Below, in pieces: positions 37,260 through 50,330 of a stretch of 64,000 bases of DNA (the first letter of the stretch is position 1; every line of letters starts with the position of its first letter). This stretch comes from Octopus bimaculoides. Lineage: Eukaryota. The DNA is taken from positions 163,349,073 through 163,413,072 of the forward strand of contig NC_068981.1 in the NCBI RefSeq assembly GCF_001194135.2. Reading direction: 5' to 3'. Below the pieces are notes generated by a model. That model searched no databases. It saw only the letters and a program-made list of their open reading frames with translations, and had not been told where the DNA came from. The position numbers were made by a program, and so were the translations under genes.

Positions 37260-38700
37260 ACGCCCTTATTCTGGAGTTTCAGCTAACTTCCTTTAATATA
37301 CCTTACACATTTCAAAAAGCAAGATAGTATGGCCTTGTGTATTCTAATGTCCATCACATGAACTGTGTGTCTCACACAGCACAGCAGCTGCTCTACTGTA
37401 ATATTTGCATATTGCAGGAGATTGGTAATGTGGTCTTGCTTAGAATATTCATTAGAGATCAAAAGTGGTACAACTGACAGTTCACCAGCTTTGTGCTTCA
37501 ATGTTTTTACTAATCAATCACTGAATATAATAAAAATGCTACTGCTGTATCTAGGTTGTTGACATTCCTATTAAGATGGTCAGTAACTTATATTATGGGA
37601 CTCCAGGTAAAAGTTGATACAAAACTTCAGTTACTTTTTACATTAATTGAGAGATTGAGAACTGTTGGTACACAGCAAAATTTTCTGGCTATTTTGCAGA
37701 GAGTAAACTACCAAAGCCGAGTCAATCAGTTCATGGCTATACATATCACAACACTTTCTAGGGGACCTTAGCTTCAATAGTTTTAATAGCCCACCACCAC
37801 TTATTGAGCAGTTCATACACTCCAGCTAAAAGCTCATTTGCTATCCTTTGTAGCCAAAATTAATATAATGTTCTAATCAAGTACACAGCACTGCTTTACT
37901 TGAGCAACATGAAGAGGGTGAGCTGTCACTCCTAAGAGAAACTATGGCAGTCATATCAAAGAGTTGCTGCTTTGAGCAGGGTTCACAAACCTGCTGAACA
38001 TCTGCATAAAGTCAATGAGCATGACAAACAAAGGGATTTCAAGTTCAATAGTCTTTACATGAATGAGTCACATGATAGAAGTGATGTCATAGGTGCTCCT
38101 AAAACAGAATCCACACTAATTTACAGGTAGAATTTCAGATTATTTTTATTACAAGCAGGAATATTGCAACACTGTTCCCAGTAGCTGAAATACAAGAAAA
38201 TCCTACACTGTCATTGACTGGAGGGACACTAATTTCAAGTAGTATTCCTTCAGCCAGACACTCAACCATCTCCTTCCTATTTTACAAGTTATTTTCAGAG
38301 AGCAGACTTATAGTACATATTGTTTCAACAGGGATATAAACATGACAATACACACACACATACAACAATAATAACAAAATACATACATACATATGTGTGT
38401 GTGTGTGTGTGTGTGGATATCATTTATATATATATAATCATTTTTGTCTTTTAACATCTCCAGAAAATGACACATGCCCAAGATGCCATAAAGCAGAATC
38501 AAAACCAGCAACTGCAAAGCAAGTTTCTTAAACATTTGGCTATCCAACTACTACACAGTATAAATAAATGGACTTTGAATGGGAGCTTGTCAGCTATATT
38601 ATGCCCGAGACTGAAAGGGCCATGCTTCTCACAAACTGCTAAATTGATTCTGCAGGAAATTTACTTTGAGGGTACAGTATTTAGCTAAATCAATGGGCCT
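37260..38700 (+). mobile_element. Possible ancient non-LTR retroelement remnant
   Basis: Weak RT-like IKSGTTDSSPALCFNVF and a CxxC (TCPRCHKAES) downstream; highly decayed. Confidence 0.3.
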
Positions 38701-39019
38701 GTCAGATCAGTTGGCACAACTGAACACACATGGCAAGAAATTAGGAACACGTTCCATTTCATACATGCATATTTATTTTCTATGGTTGCATGCCCTTCCT
38801 ATACAAAGCCCACATTTGTTTCCAAGCAAGGTAATATTTTTCAATGACCAGACAAATTTTCACAGAAGATTGAAAATAGATGGCACTGCTTATATGATTT
38901 ACAATTATTACAATATGTCAAGAGTAAGAAGCACAACAAAGACATACACACAACTATATGTATCTATATTTATATATCGTAAGCTTCTCATCTATATATA
39001 TATATATATTTATTATATC

Positions 39020-39197
39020 AAGCTTCTTTCAGTTGTTGCCTACAAAATATATCCAAAAGAATTTTGTACAGGATCTATGGTAGAAAACACTTGCCTACGA
39101 TGCTACAATGTTACTGAACACAAACACACATGGTTCAGAAGCAAACTTCTAAACCACACAATCAATCATGCACAGAGAGAGGGAGAGAGAGAGAGAG

Positions 39198-39245
<48 letters not shown>

Positions 39246-39275
39246 AGAGAGAGGGGAGGGAGGAGGGGAGAGAGT

Positions 39276-39307
<32 letters not shown>

Positions 39308-39535
39308 GAGAGAGACAGACAAATCATTAAGGTGGTTATTCATGATTTACAACCTAAAGGTAACAAGTATAGTTGTCACTAGAGTGATACAGGTGTGGTT
39401 GTGAGGTAAGATGCTTTCTTCCCAACCACATGATCTGGGGTTCAGTCCCACTGTGTGACAACTTGGGGCAAGTGTCTTCTACTATAGCCTTATAAGTGGA
39501 TGTGGTAGACAGAAGCTGCAAAGCCTGTCGTATGT
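39020..39535. mobile_element. Divergent SINE family A 5' halves (minus 39020-39175, plus 39378-39535) around a (GA)n tract
   Basis: Head motifs in opposite orientations. Confidence 0.8.
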
Positions 39536-39554
39536 ATGTATGTATGTACGTATG

Positions 39555-39610
<56 letters not shown>

Positions 39611-39917
39611 NNNNNNNNNNNNNNNNNNNNNNNNNNNNNNNNNNNNNNNNNNNNNNNNNNNNNNNNNNNNNNNNNNNNNNNNNNNNNNNNNNNNNNNNNN
39701 NNNNNNNNNNNNNNNNNNNNNNNNNNNNNNNNNNNNNNNNNNNNNNNNNNNNNNNNNNNNNNNNNNNNNNNNNNNNNNNNNNNNNNNNNNNNNNNNNNNN
39801 NNNNNNNNNNNNNNNNNNNNNNNNNNNNNNNNNNNNNNNNNNNNNNNNNNNNNNNNNNNNNNNNNNNNNNNNNNNNNNNNNNNNNNNNNTTGTTTTTTTG
39901 TGAATTCTCCCTATATA

Positions 39918-40270
39918 TATCATCATCGTCGTTTAACGTCCTCTTTCCATGCTGGCATGGGTTGGACGATTTGACTAAGGACTGGCGAACCAGATGGCTG
40001 CACCAGACTCCAATCTGATCTTGCAGAGTTTCTACAGCTGGATGCCCTTCCTAATGCCAACCACTCTGAGAGTGTAGTAGGTGCTTTTACATGCCACCGG
40101 CACGAGGGCCAATCAGGCCGTACTGGCAATGGCCATGCTCAAATGTTGTTTTTTACGTGCCACCTGCACAGGAGCCAGTCCAACAGCACTGGCAAGGACC
40201 TGGCTCGAATATTTTTTCACGTGCCAGTAAGTTGACGCTGGTAGCAATCACGCTCAAATGGTGCTTTTTA

Positions 40271-40275
<5 letters not shown>
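39918..40275 (-). mobile_element. RTE-tailed SINE-like repeat (family C)
   Basis: catcatcgtcgtttaacgtcctctttccatgctggcatgggttgg... with internal ttttacgtgccacc repeats. Confidence 0.9.
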
Positions 40276-40339
<64 letters not shown>

Positions 40340-40348
<9 letters not shown>

Positions 40349-40565
40349 ATGTCTTCTTGTTTATCCTCCATCACTGCTTAACAACCAGTGCTGATGTGTT
40401 TACGCCCCCATAACTTAGTGGTTCAGCAAAAGAGACCAATAAAATAAATATCAAGCTCTAAAACAAAAATGTACTGGGGTCAATACATTCAATTAAAAAC
40501 TGTTCCAAGATAGTGCCCCAGCATGGCTGCAATCTATAATGACTGAGACAAGCAAAAGATAAACG
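40340..40565 (+). mobile_element. SINE family A 3' half, CpG-decayed
   Basis: aacttagtggttcagcaaaagagacc...ccagcatggctgcaatc. Confidence 0.8.
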
Positions 40566-40589
40566 ATTACACACACGCACAAACATGTA

Positions 40590-40918
40590 TATGAATGACC
40601 AAGGGATAGCACCTAGAAAGTTCCCCTCAAAGGCACAAGACTGGGAAAGGTTCTTTGGGAAGTTTAACAGTCACCTGTGCCTATCAGACTCACCTCTCCA
40701 TGTTGTCCAAGGAAAAGGCTAAGAACATTACAGCTTGGCACCAGTGATTTCTCAACTCATTTTTGCAGCTGAGTGAACAGGATCAATGTCAAATAAAGTG
40801 TCTCATGCTTAAGAACACAACATACAATCTGGTCTAGGAATCGAACTCATAACCTCATTGTAAGTCTGATGTTCTTACTGAGCCATGTGCCTTCACTCAC
40901 ACACACACACACACACAC

Positions 40919-40957
<39 letters not shown>

Positions 40958-41185
40958 AAATAAAAGAAAAATGATCAAAGAACTCTCCCAACCAAGGCTC
41001 ACGATGCTGGATACAGAGACTCCAAGGAGTATATACGACCACCCCTGGATGGGACACCAGTCCATAGCAAGAGTATTTCTGCCAGATGAGTGGACTACAG
41101 GAACATGAAATGAAGTGTTCTGCTCAAGAACACAACACATTCCCAGGGACATGAATTGAGACCACAACAACTTAACGACTAGATA
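40590..41185 (-). mobile_element. Two tRNA-derived CORE-like SINEs (family E)
   Basis: Minus-strand heads with gagttcgattcc / aattcatgtccc followed by tgtgttcttgagcagaacactt. Confidence 0.7.
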
Positions 41186-41837
41186 ATGAGTCTCCATTAT
41201 ACTATATTTACTAAACATGAATATACACACAGAAAACACAGTGTATATTTATCAACATAAATATATAAACATATATTTTATGGAGTAATGTTTGTTTTTA
41301 TACTGAATTATAATTAAAAACAGTTTAACATAAAACTGGAGAAATGCTCAATACTTTCCATAGAGAACACATATATTACACATTAACAGGAAGAGATGTG
41401 ACAGTGACTTCCAAGTTTCATCCTGCTTGCTTTTCTCAGACTGTCTGATGAAGGAGAGCAGGATGAAACAATTATACTTGAAAGATATATGTATACTTAT
41501 ATATATATATNNNNNNNNNNNNNNNNNNNNNNNNNNNNNNNNNNNNNNNNNNNNNNNNNNNNNNNNNNNNNNNNNNNNNNNNNNNNNNNNNNNNNNNNNN
41601 NNNNNNNNNNNNNNNNNNNNNNNNNNNNNNNNNNNNNNNNNNNNNNNNNNNNNNNNNNNNNNNNNNNNNNNNNNNNNNNNNNNNNNNNNNNNNNNNNNNN
41701 NNNNNNNNNNNNNNNNNNNNNNNNNNNNNNNNNNNNNNNNNNNNNNNNNNNNNNNNNNNNNNNNNNNNNNNNNNNNNNNNNNNNNNNNNNNNNNNNNNNN
41801 NNNNNNNNNNNNNNNNNNNNNNNNNNNNNNNNNNNNN

Positions 41838-42155
41838 GTGCTGGTGGCATGTTTGGAAAATCATTCAAGCGAAGTCGTTGCCAGTGCCGCTGGACTGGCT
41901 CCCGTGCAGGTGGCACGTAAAAAACACCTTTTTGAGTGTGGCCGTTGCCAGTACCATGTGACTGGCCCTCGTGTCAGTGGCACATAAAAGCACCCACTAC
42001 ACTCTGAGAGTGGTTGGCATTAGGAAGGGCATCCAGCTGTAGAAACTCTGCCAAATCAGATTGGAGCCTGGTGCAGCCCCCTGTTTGGCCAGTACTCAGT
42101 CAAATCATCCAGCCTATGCTAGCATGGAAAGCGGACGTTAAACGATGATGATGAC
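41838..42155 (+). mobile_element. RTE-tailed SINE-like repeat (family C)
   Basis: Ends gcatggaaagcggacgttaaacgatgatgatga. Confidence 0.9.
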
Positions 42156-42184
42156 GAAATAAATACATATATATATATATATAT

Positions 42185-42933
42185 AGGCGCAGGAGTGGCT
42201 GTGTGGTAAGTAGCTTGCTTACCAACCACATNNNNNNNNNNNNNNNNNNNNNNNNNNNNNNNNNNNNNNNNNNNNNNNNNNNNNNNNNNNNNNNNNNNNN
42301 NNNNNNNNNNNNNNNNNNNNNNNNNNNNNNNNNNNNNNNNNNNNNNNNNNNNNNNNNNNNNNNNNNNNNNNNNNNNNNNNNNNNNNNNNNNNNNNNNNNN
42401 NNNNNNNNNNNNNNNNNNNNNNNNNNNNNNNNNNNNNNNNNNNNNNNNNNNNNNNNNNNNNNNNNNNNNNNNNNNNNNNNNNNNNNNNNNNNNNNNNNNN
42501 NNNNNNNNNNNNNNNNNNNNNNNNNNNNNNNNNNNNNNNNNNNNNNNNNNNNNNNNNNNNNNNNNNNNNNNNNNNNNNNNNNNNNNNNNNNNNNNNNNNN
42601 NNNNNNNNNNNNNNNNNNNNNNNNNNNNNNNNNNNNNNNNNNNNNNNNNNNNNNNNNNNNNNNNNNNNNNNNNNNNNNNNNNNNNNNNNNNNNNNNNNNN
42701 NNNNNNNNNNNNNNNNNNNNNNNNNNNNNNNNNNNNNNNNNNNNNNNNNNNNNNNNNNNNNNNNNNNNNNNNNNNNNNNNNNNNNNNNNNNNNNNNNNNN
42801 NNNNNNNNNNNNNNNNNNNNNNNNNNNNNNNNNNNNNNNNNNNNNNNNNNNNNNNNNNNNNNNNNNNNNNNNNNNNNNNNNNNNNNTATATACACATATA
42901 AATATATACATACATATAAATATATACATACAT

Positions 42934-42976
<43 letters not shown>

Positions 42977-43101
42977 AATATATACATACATATAAATATA
43001 TACATACATATACATACATACATATACATACATATAAATATATACATACATATAAATATATACATACATATACATACATATAAATATATACATACATATA
43101 C

Positions 43102-43144
<43 letters not shown>

Positions 43145-43270
43145 CATATATATATGAATATATAAATACATATGAATATATACATACATATGAATATATA
43201 CATACATATGAATATATACACACCAGGTGGTTGGGAAGCAAGCTTCTTACCACACAGCCACTCCTGTAGC
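42185..43270. mobile_element. Convergent SINE family A heads (plus 42185-42231, minus 43224-43270) flanking a gap and an (ATAC/ATAT) minisatellite
   Basis: ataggcgcaggagtggctgtgtggtaag versus cttaccacacagccactcctg. Confidence 0.85.
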
Positions 43271-44394
43271 TATGTATATGTATGATATTTATGACTGCCT
43301 ACATATACAGACAAGATTGTGTGCATGTGTATATATGTGTGTATATGCACTGATGTTCCAAATATGTGTTTGTATAAATATATATATATATATGCATAGT
43401 CATATATATATATACTCGTGTGCATTCACACATATACCTATCTAATGATTAGCTCACATTTCCTATCTTCCTTTACATATATATTTATATCATTTACATA
43501 GTGTACATGTTATAATATTTACCTTATAAAATGTGTACATACATATATATTCACAAGGCATGTGCTCATAATATGTATTGGTAGCATATATTGTGTTCTG
43601 TGAGATGTATCGGCAGTATATATTGTATTCTGTACATATATTTGGAGAATATGATGTACCATTGTACATTTAACATATACAAGTAGTCTACAACATACTG
43701 TGTAAATATGTATTATATTTGTAGTACACTTATTTAATTACACATACATTTATATGCACACACATATATAAAACCACACACATATATACATAAAGGTGTG
43801 TTGATGCTTACATGTAGGCATGTTTTTATACCAGTAAGTATATTTGCCTGTATAAATGCATGTGCGCACATGTGTATGTGCTGCTGTTCCGATCATACAT
43901 GTCTCATATAAACTGCTTTCCCACTAACCGAACAAAGGTGCTATCTCTTTGCCTCAGCCAAAGTGTGTTTTTTTTTTTTTTTCCTTCTTTTTATCCAACT
44001 TCCAGACTATTCCTTTCAAAATATGCCAGGTTTCACTCTTTGATTTACAATACATAGACCTCATTCTTCTATTACCAGGAATAGATTTTCAGCCCCATGT
44101 CATGTCTGATTTAGCAAAGCTATGGTGACTAAAGGCATTGCAGCCATGACCATTTTGAATATTTTTATTCTACATGACCTGATAGAGTGCTTCATTCTCC
44201 AAGACAGTGGACTATGTTTTGACTGAATAGTTGGTTGTAGTTTCTAGTACATGTATAACATTGACTTTAAAGAACCTTTTGTTCCAATGCCTTTCTGGTT
44301 TACTGACTTTTTTCCTAACCAGGAGCAATCACCTCTTAATTAAACACGTATTAAATTTACTCCAATAATTAAATGAAATAAAAGTATACATTAG

Positions 44395-45180
44395 TATAGT
44401 GTTAGGAAGGACATCCAGCTCATCCAACTGTAGAAACCTTTACAAAGCAGACACTGAAGCACAATGCAATCCTTGGGCCCATCAGCTCCTGTCCAACCAT
44501 CCAACCCATGTCAGCATGGAACATGAATGTCAAAATAATGCTGATGATACAAGTTTTTAATACTGTACTATGTAAGGTACTGCAAAATAGGGTCACCCAG
44601 TAAACAAGCCTGGTGGTTGTGGGTTTTCAAAGTTCCTTCTTGTAAATTATACAAGATGGTTTATAGAGGCTCCAGACCAACAATGTCCAGAAAGTTGGTG
44701 CTGCACTTGCATACTGAGTGAGCTTATACAGACAGCATATATCAAGAGCGTGAGTTTCACTGAACTTTCTTTTAATTGGACAGTGGATAGACAAAACAGC
44801 AAGACATGTCATTTTTGATAAACAAAATAAAATTTGTTAAGCTGTGTGCTATCATTACTAAGATTTGTATGGGGGCTTTGCTAGTTTCAAAATTTGCTTC
44901 TTTTTCTGAATAAAATATACAAAAACATGTTCTATAACCACAACATACTCCATAACCTAGACTTGCACCATTATCAACAGTATATACATAATTATACATT
45001 TGTATCATCATCATTGTTTTATAGTCCAACTTTCCTTTCTTGCATGGGTCAGATGTTGTTTCTTGAGGTAAATTTTCTGTGGATAGATACATTTTCTGCT
45101 GCCAACCCTGACCTGTTTTCAAACAAAATAATATTTCCCCATAGCTAGACATATTTTTGAAGAATAGGAGATGTGTTTGA
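44395..45180. mobile_element. RTE-tailed SINE fragments (plus 44395-44550, minus 45000-45180)
   Basis: taggaaggacatccagc...aacccatgtcagcatggaac; catcatcattgttt...gcatgggtcagatg. Confidence 0.7.
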
Positions 45181-45414
45181 ATATATTTATATATTAATAT
45201 ATTTGTGCATAAGCTTGTGTGTATGTGTGTGTACATAACATACATATCCACAATACATTTCAACAATACACGTACATATACACAAGTATATATATATACA
45301 TACACAAAGACAATGTAAATATATGGATATTTCTCTATAATACAAAGAATATATATGCATGTATACACACATATATGTACATACTTACATCTACATGTGT
45401 ATATAGATGCATAT

Positions 45415-45535
45415 CAGAGTACAGGACGTTAGAACAATGAACTACAGACAACGGAACTAACACATAGGAAAACGGAAAGCCCCTTGGAATATTCCTTCAT
45501 CAGCTGCCTCTATTCTAACCTGACGTTTCGAAGAT
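45415..45535 (-). mobile_element. Penelope-like terminus, second family (related copy about 58590-58745)
   Basis: Minus strand contains cttcGAAACGTCagg and gcagCTGATGAagg; gtcctgtac / gacgtcc motif shared with the 58.6-kb copy. Confidence 0.4.
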
Positions 45536-46005
45536 CACCCACATACATATACATTCACACATATCCATGCATATGTATACACATCAATACACACACACAC
45601 ACATATATATATATATTGTACACACTTTCTCATTCTATCAATTTCTAACTTTATGTGTGTGTATACATGCGTGTAAGTACAAATAAATACACACACACGA
45701 AGGGCTCTCAACAATATGGTCATTATATCATTTCGTGGAACAGGTGATGAATACATAGGTACCTAAAACAATTAGCGAAAACAGCACATTCTCGCGAAGT
45801 GTTTCAGGTGCCTATTCAGAAATATGCACCTTCTTGGCACTCCTATCCACGACCTAATAATGCAACATGTGACTGTTAGGAGGGGTAGAGAGGGTTACAG
45901 CAAGTTGGCTGGTATTTTTCAGTAGCCGATAAAAGTGTCATGCTCAAATATAACACGTACCACCTGTAAAAGGAAGTGAACACATGGCCATATGACCGGG
46001 AGCCC

Positions 46006-46057
<52 letters not shown>

Positions 46058-46178
46058 GATGGATGGATCGACCGATGGATAGCCAGATATAAGCATTGAT
46101 AAATATATGCATGTAAAATACATCAATAAAATATACACAGAAAGATATGCCCTATACCCAGCGTAATATAAAGACTTA

Positions 46179-46357
46179 CAGGGTGCAGCGAAAAACACAT
46201 CCCAAATTCTACAGCCATTCCAACAGCAAATATACGGTGAGCTCCGACCAAACCATGACGGTAACTGAGAGAAAAAACCACAATGAACGCACCGCTATCA
46301 CCTGCCTAACCCTAATATACATTGCAACAAGAGTGGGAGGTTTTCGGCCGCAACCTG
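46179..46357. mobile_element. Tc1/mariner-type MITE
   Basis: Imperfect TIRs cagggtgcagcgaaaaac / gttttcggccgcaacctg with TA flanks. Confidence 0.75.
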
Positions 46358-46379
46358 TATTTTATAATATATATATATA

Positions 46380-46768
46380 TATATGTATGAAGCAGTATAT
46401 CGTAATTGTTTATGTTTTTGTATATATACATCTTATATATTTACAAATATATAGATAAACAAATATACAAACTGAAATACTGAAATACATATATCAAGAG
46501 TGCGGCACAAAAATTTACCATATCCTATACGTCTGAATATAATGAAATTAGGCAGGTGCTAATGGTGTCCTCATGTAGCTAATGTTTTACCGTTATTTTA
46601 TTGTTCATCTTTTTGTTTAACTTTTCAGTTACCATCACGGTTCGGTCCGGTGCATGCCGTGTGTTGTTGGAATATTTACCAAGAATGGCGAAGCAGATAT
46701 TTTTACCGAACCCCTGTACATGCTCTTATATGCAAACACACCAACAGATAAATATAACATCATAATAT

Positions 46769-46803
<35 letters not shown>

Positions 46804-46993
46804 TTTACACACACACACATACAGATAGAGAAACAAATATATATACAATATGTATGAGTAAAATATACACACAACACATAGGTAAATATATATATATATA
46901 ACAGACAGACAGACAGACAGACACACAAATAGATAGGCTTACACATCACAGAACATATAATACTTGTATAAATATAACTAACACACAAATACG

Positions 46994-47040
<47 letters not shown>

Positions 47041-47123
47041 ATTTGTATTTATAATTATATACATAAATACAAAATCTGGACACATACAGATAGACAATAT
47101 TTATCATACAAAATACTACTCGA

Positions 47124-47161
<38 letters not shown>

Positions 47162-47282
47162 ATAGCATATATTAATGTGTGTACACATAAATCCGCATAC
47201 AGACTCATAATGTATATACAGATAATTGAGGGAGGTATGTATACAAATCTAACGCAAACAATTACACAATGCTTATGACATT

Positions 47283-47324
<42 letters not shown>

Positions 47325-48185
47325 TACCTGTACATAAGATATAAATGTCCATATTCACAAGATCCAATATGAATACATATGCATCTGTATATGTGGGTTT
47401 GAATCTATATGTATATACATCTCTAAGTGTTACATCTATCTATCTACCTCTCAATCTATCTACATACATACATATACGTGTGTGTAGATTGGTATTATAT
47501 ATTCTTTTCTACTCTAGGTACAAGGCCCAACATTTTTGGGGAGGGGACCAGTCGCTAGGACCGACCTTAGTACGCAACTGGTAGTTAATTTATCGACCCC
47601 GAAAGGATGAAAGGCAAAGTCGACCTCGGTGGAATTTGAACTCAGAACGTTGGTATTATATATTAATACTATATAGTCACCGGATTCTAACTGTATATGT
47701 ACCAATTACACATATAAACATTTACATATTAACGTGGTGTGCACACGCGTGGATATATGTGAAATATGCAGTATATAAACATGCGATATTACTTTTTGTA
47801 TACACGATTATGTCCGTATATTTTGCCAAGACTCACAAAAAAGTCCATGTAAACACACTGGAGTGAATCGAACTATCCAGTATGACCAATATTTCTCGAG
47901 TTGGTGTCTAAAATTAAGATATACTGAACAACAGGCTTCCATGTAAACAAAATTTATATACATACACACACACACATACATATATATATATTATATATAT
48001 GTACTTGTGCACACGCGCACGCACACACAAAAGAAATAATGAAATAGATAAAACGAAATCTTGATATTGGGACACCTACTCCACTTAGCATCATGCTACA
48101 GAGTAAATATATATATAGATTATGTATGCATGCATAAAAACACATATATTTGCACAGGATTCTCTGTGTGTAGATAAAGCAAAAA

Positions 48186-48219
<34 letters not shown>

Positions 48220-48409
48220 CCATATATACACGTATATATATACATATACTGAAGACTTACCCAGCGTACCTAGTCGTTTAGATCACCTGTGAATTGAACC
48301 CTCATAATTTGTATACTGATACACACGAGTATATTACAAATAGACGCATTATTATCATTATTTTTTTTTTTTGTTAGGTATAGACTGCATGTATACATAC
48401 ACATAAATG

Positions 48410-48441
<32 letters not shown>

Positions 48442-48524
48442 TGTACATGTATGTACATATATGCATATGTATACACATGTATCTATCCGCATGTATAGAC
48501 ATATACATATTTATATGCATATAC

Positions 48525-48573
<49 letters not shown>

Positions 48574-48850
48574 TATANNNNNNNNNNTATATATACATAC
48601 ACACATATATATACACACACATAGATATGCATTTACAAATATATACATGTGTATATACATATATATAAATGTGCATATACATACATGTGTATAAACATAT
48701 ACATGTGTATATGTATATACATACACACATATATATATGTACACACACATACCTATCTACGCACGCATATGCGTACATGAGTACATGTGCATATACTAAA
48801 TCTACAAACAAACGTGTGTATATACACGGATTTGTGTAAATAAAATACCT
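46380..48850. repeat. Compound (AT)/(AC)/(GT) low-complexity tract with embedded SINE B (47505-47650, minus)
   Basis: Directly visible. Confidence 0.9.
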
Positions 48851-49159
48851 TACACCTGTATGAATATCTCTACAAATATACATTTTTTTTAAGGGTATGG
48901 ATTAATTAAACCACGATTTCATGTTTGAGTGAAATTTATTTAAAGTGTCGTTTTGATTTTCTAAGACTGAACTGCATGAACTAAGAAAAGTTTGGCTGCC
49001 ATTTCTAGCAGGCTGTTTTGTTTACTCGATATCGTGGCCATGTGTGTGGGTGTTGTGCGTGTGTGTGTGTTTTCCTGTCAGTTCCGCTTTTTAACAGCAC
49101 TCATTATGAATGAATGCCCTTAATCTCTGATTTTATTAATTGCAGGTAAGTTATGCCTT

Positions 49160-49197
<38 letters not shown>

Positions 49198-49874
49198 GTC
49201 CAAAATCACGAATACAGGAGATGAAAACGTCGATCTTTTTGTTATTTATTGTTGTCAAACAATGACATTAAGATTTCTTTTTCTTTTTTTTCATTTCATT
49301 CAATAATCAAGAGCAGAGGCGGTAGAGCGTAGAGAATTTTAAGTGCGTCCATCAACTCTTTTCAAATTCAATTCCCGCTATTTTAGACTCGTTTTTTTTT
49401 TTTCTTCTTTCGTGGCTTCCCGGTTCTTGCATAGGAGAAACACATCGTCATGAATACGAAATCACACATAAACATACACAAAGAGGGATCTTCAACCAAG
49501 TCTGCTTCAAATTAAACTACTCTTTTTCAGAAAGGGGTCACATTAAACATAGTCTTGGGCTTCATGTGAATAGGTAAAGGACAGAATGGTCACGGTTAGA
49601 ATTCTGTGAATCATGAGTTTGAGCTGACGTGGGGGGGGGGGAGGAAAGCAACAAGCCGGTAAGTGATCATTCGGCTTGCTAGAGATAGATAAATTTCCCT
49701 CAAATCACACCAGCCATGTAGAAAAAGACAGGACACATGGGGTAAATGAAGTCCTCCTATATACCTCTAGATGGTCGAAACGACCGTGAGTGAAATACCT
49801 TCCGCCAGTACTGATATGGGTTGAAGCAAGAAGCAAATACAAACGTATTGAACAAGAGCGAAAGCAGGGGGACC

Positions 49875-50330
49875 AGCTAACGTGAATTACAGCCTGACAT
49901 TTTGTGGGGAGTAGTAGAATATATTGATCCCAGAGCTCAGCTGGTACTTATTTTACAGACTTTGAAAGGATAAACAGCAAAGTCGACGTCTGTGAAATTT
50001 GAACTCGGTAAGAAGTGGTGATAAGCATTTTTTTCGACGTGCTAATAATGCCAATAGTCTTTTCTTCTACAGACACAAAGCCTGCTAATAATAATCTTCT
50101 CTACTATGGGCACAAGGCCTGGTATTTGGGGGAGGGATTAAGTCAGTTACATCGACACCCCAATGCTCGGCGGGTACTTATTTTATTGACTTCGAAAGGG
50201 TTAAAAGTCAAGTCGATCTCGGTAGAAAATTAATTTAGAACGTAAAGACGGACAAAATGCTGCTAAGCATTTTCTCCCGCGTGTTAACGATTCTGCCAGC
50301 TCGCCGCCCTCCTGCTAATAATAATAATAA
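49875..50330 (-). mobile_element. Two tandem SINE family B copies joined at (AAT)n
   Basis: Diagnostic motifs; taataataat linkers. Confidence 0.85.
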
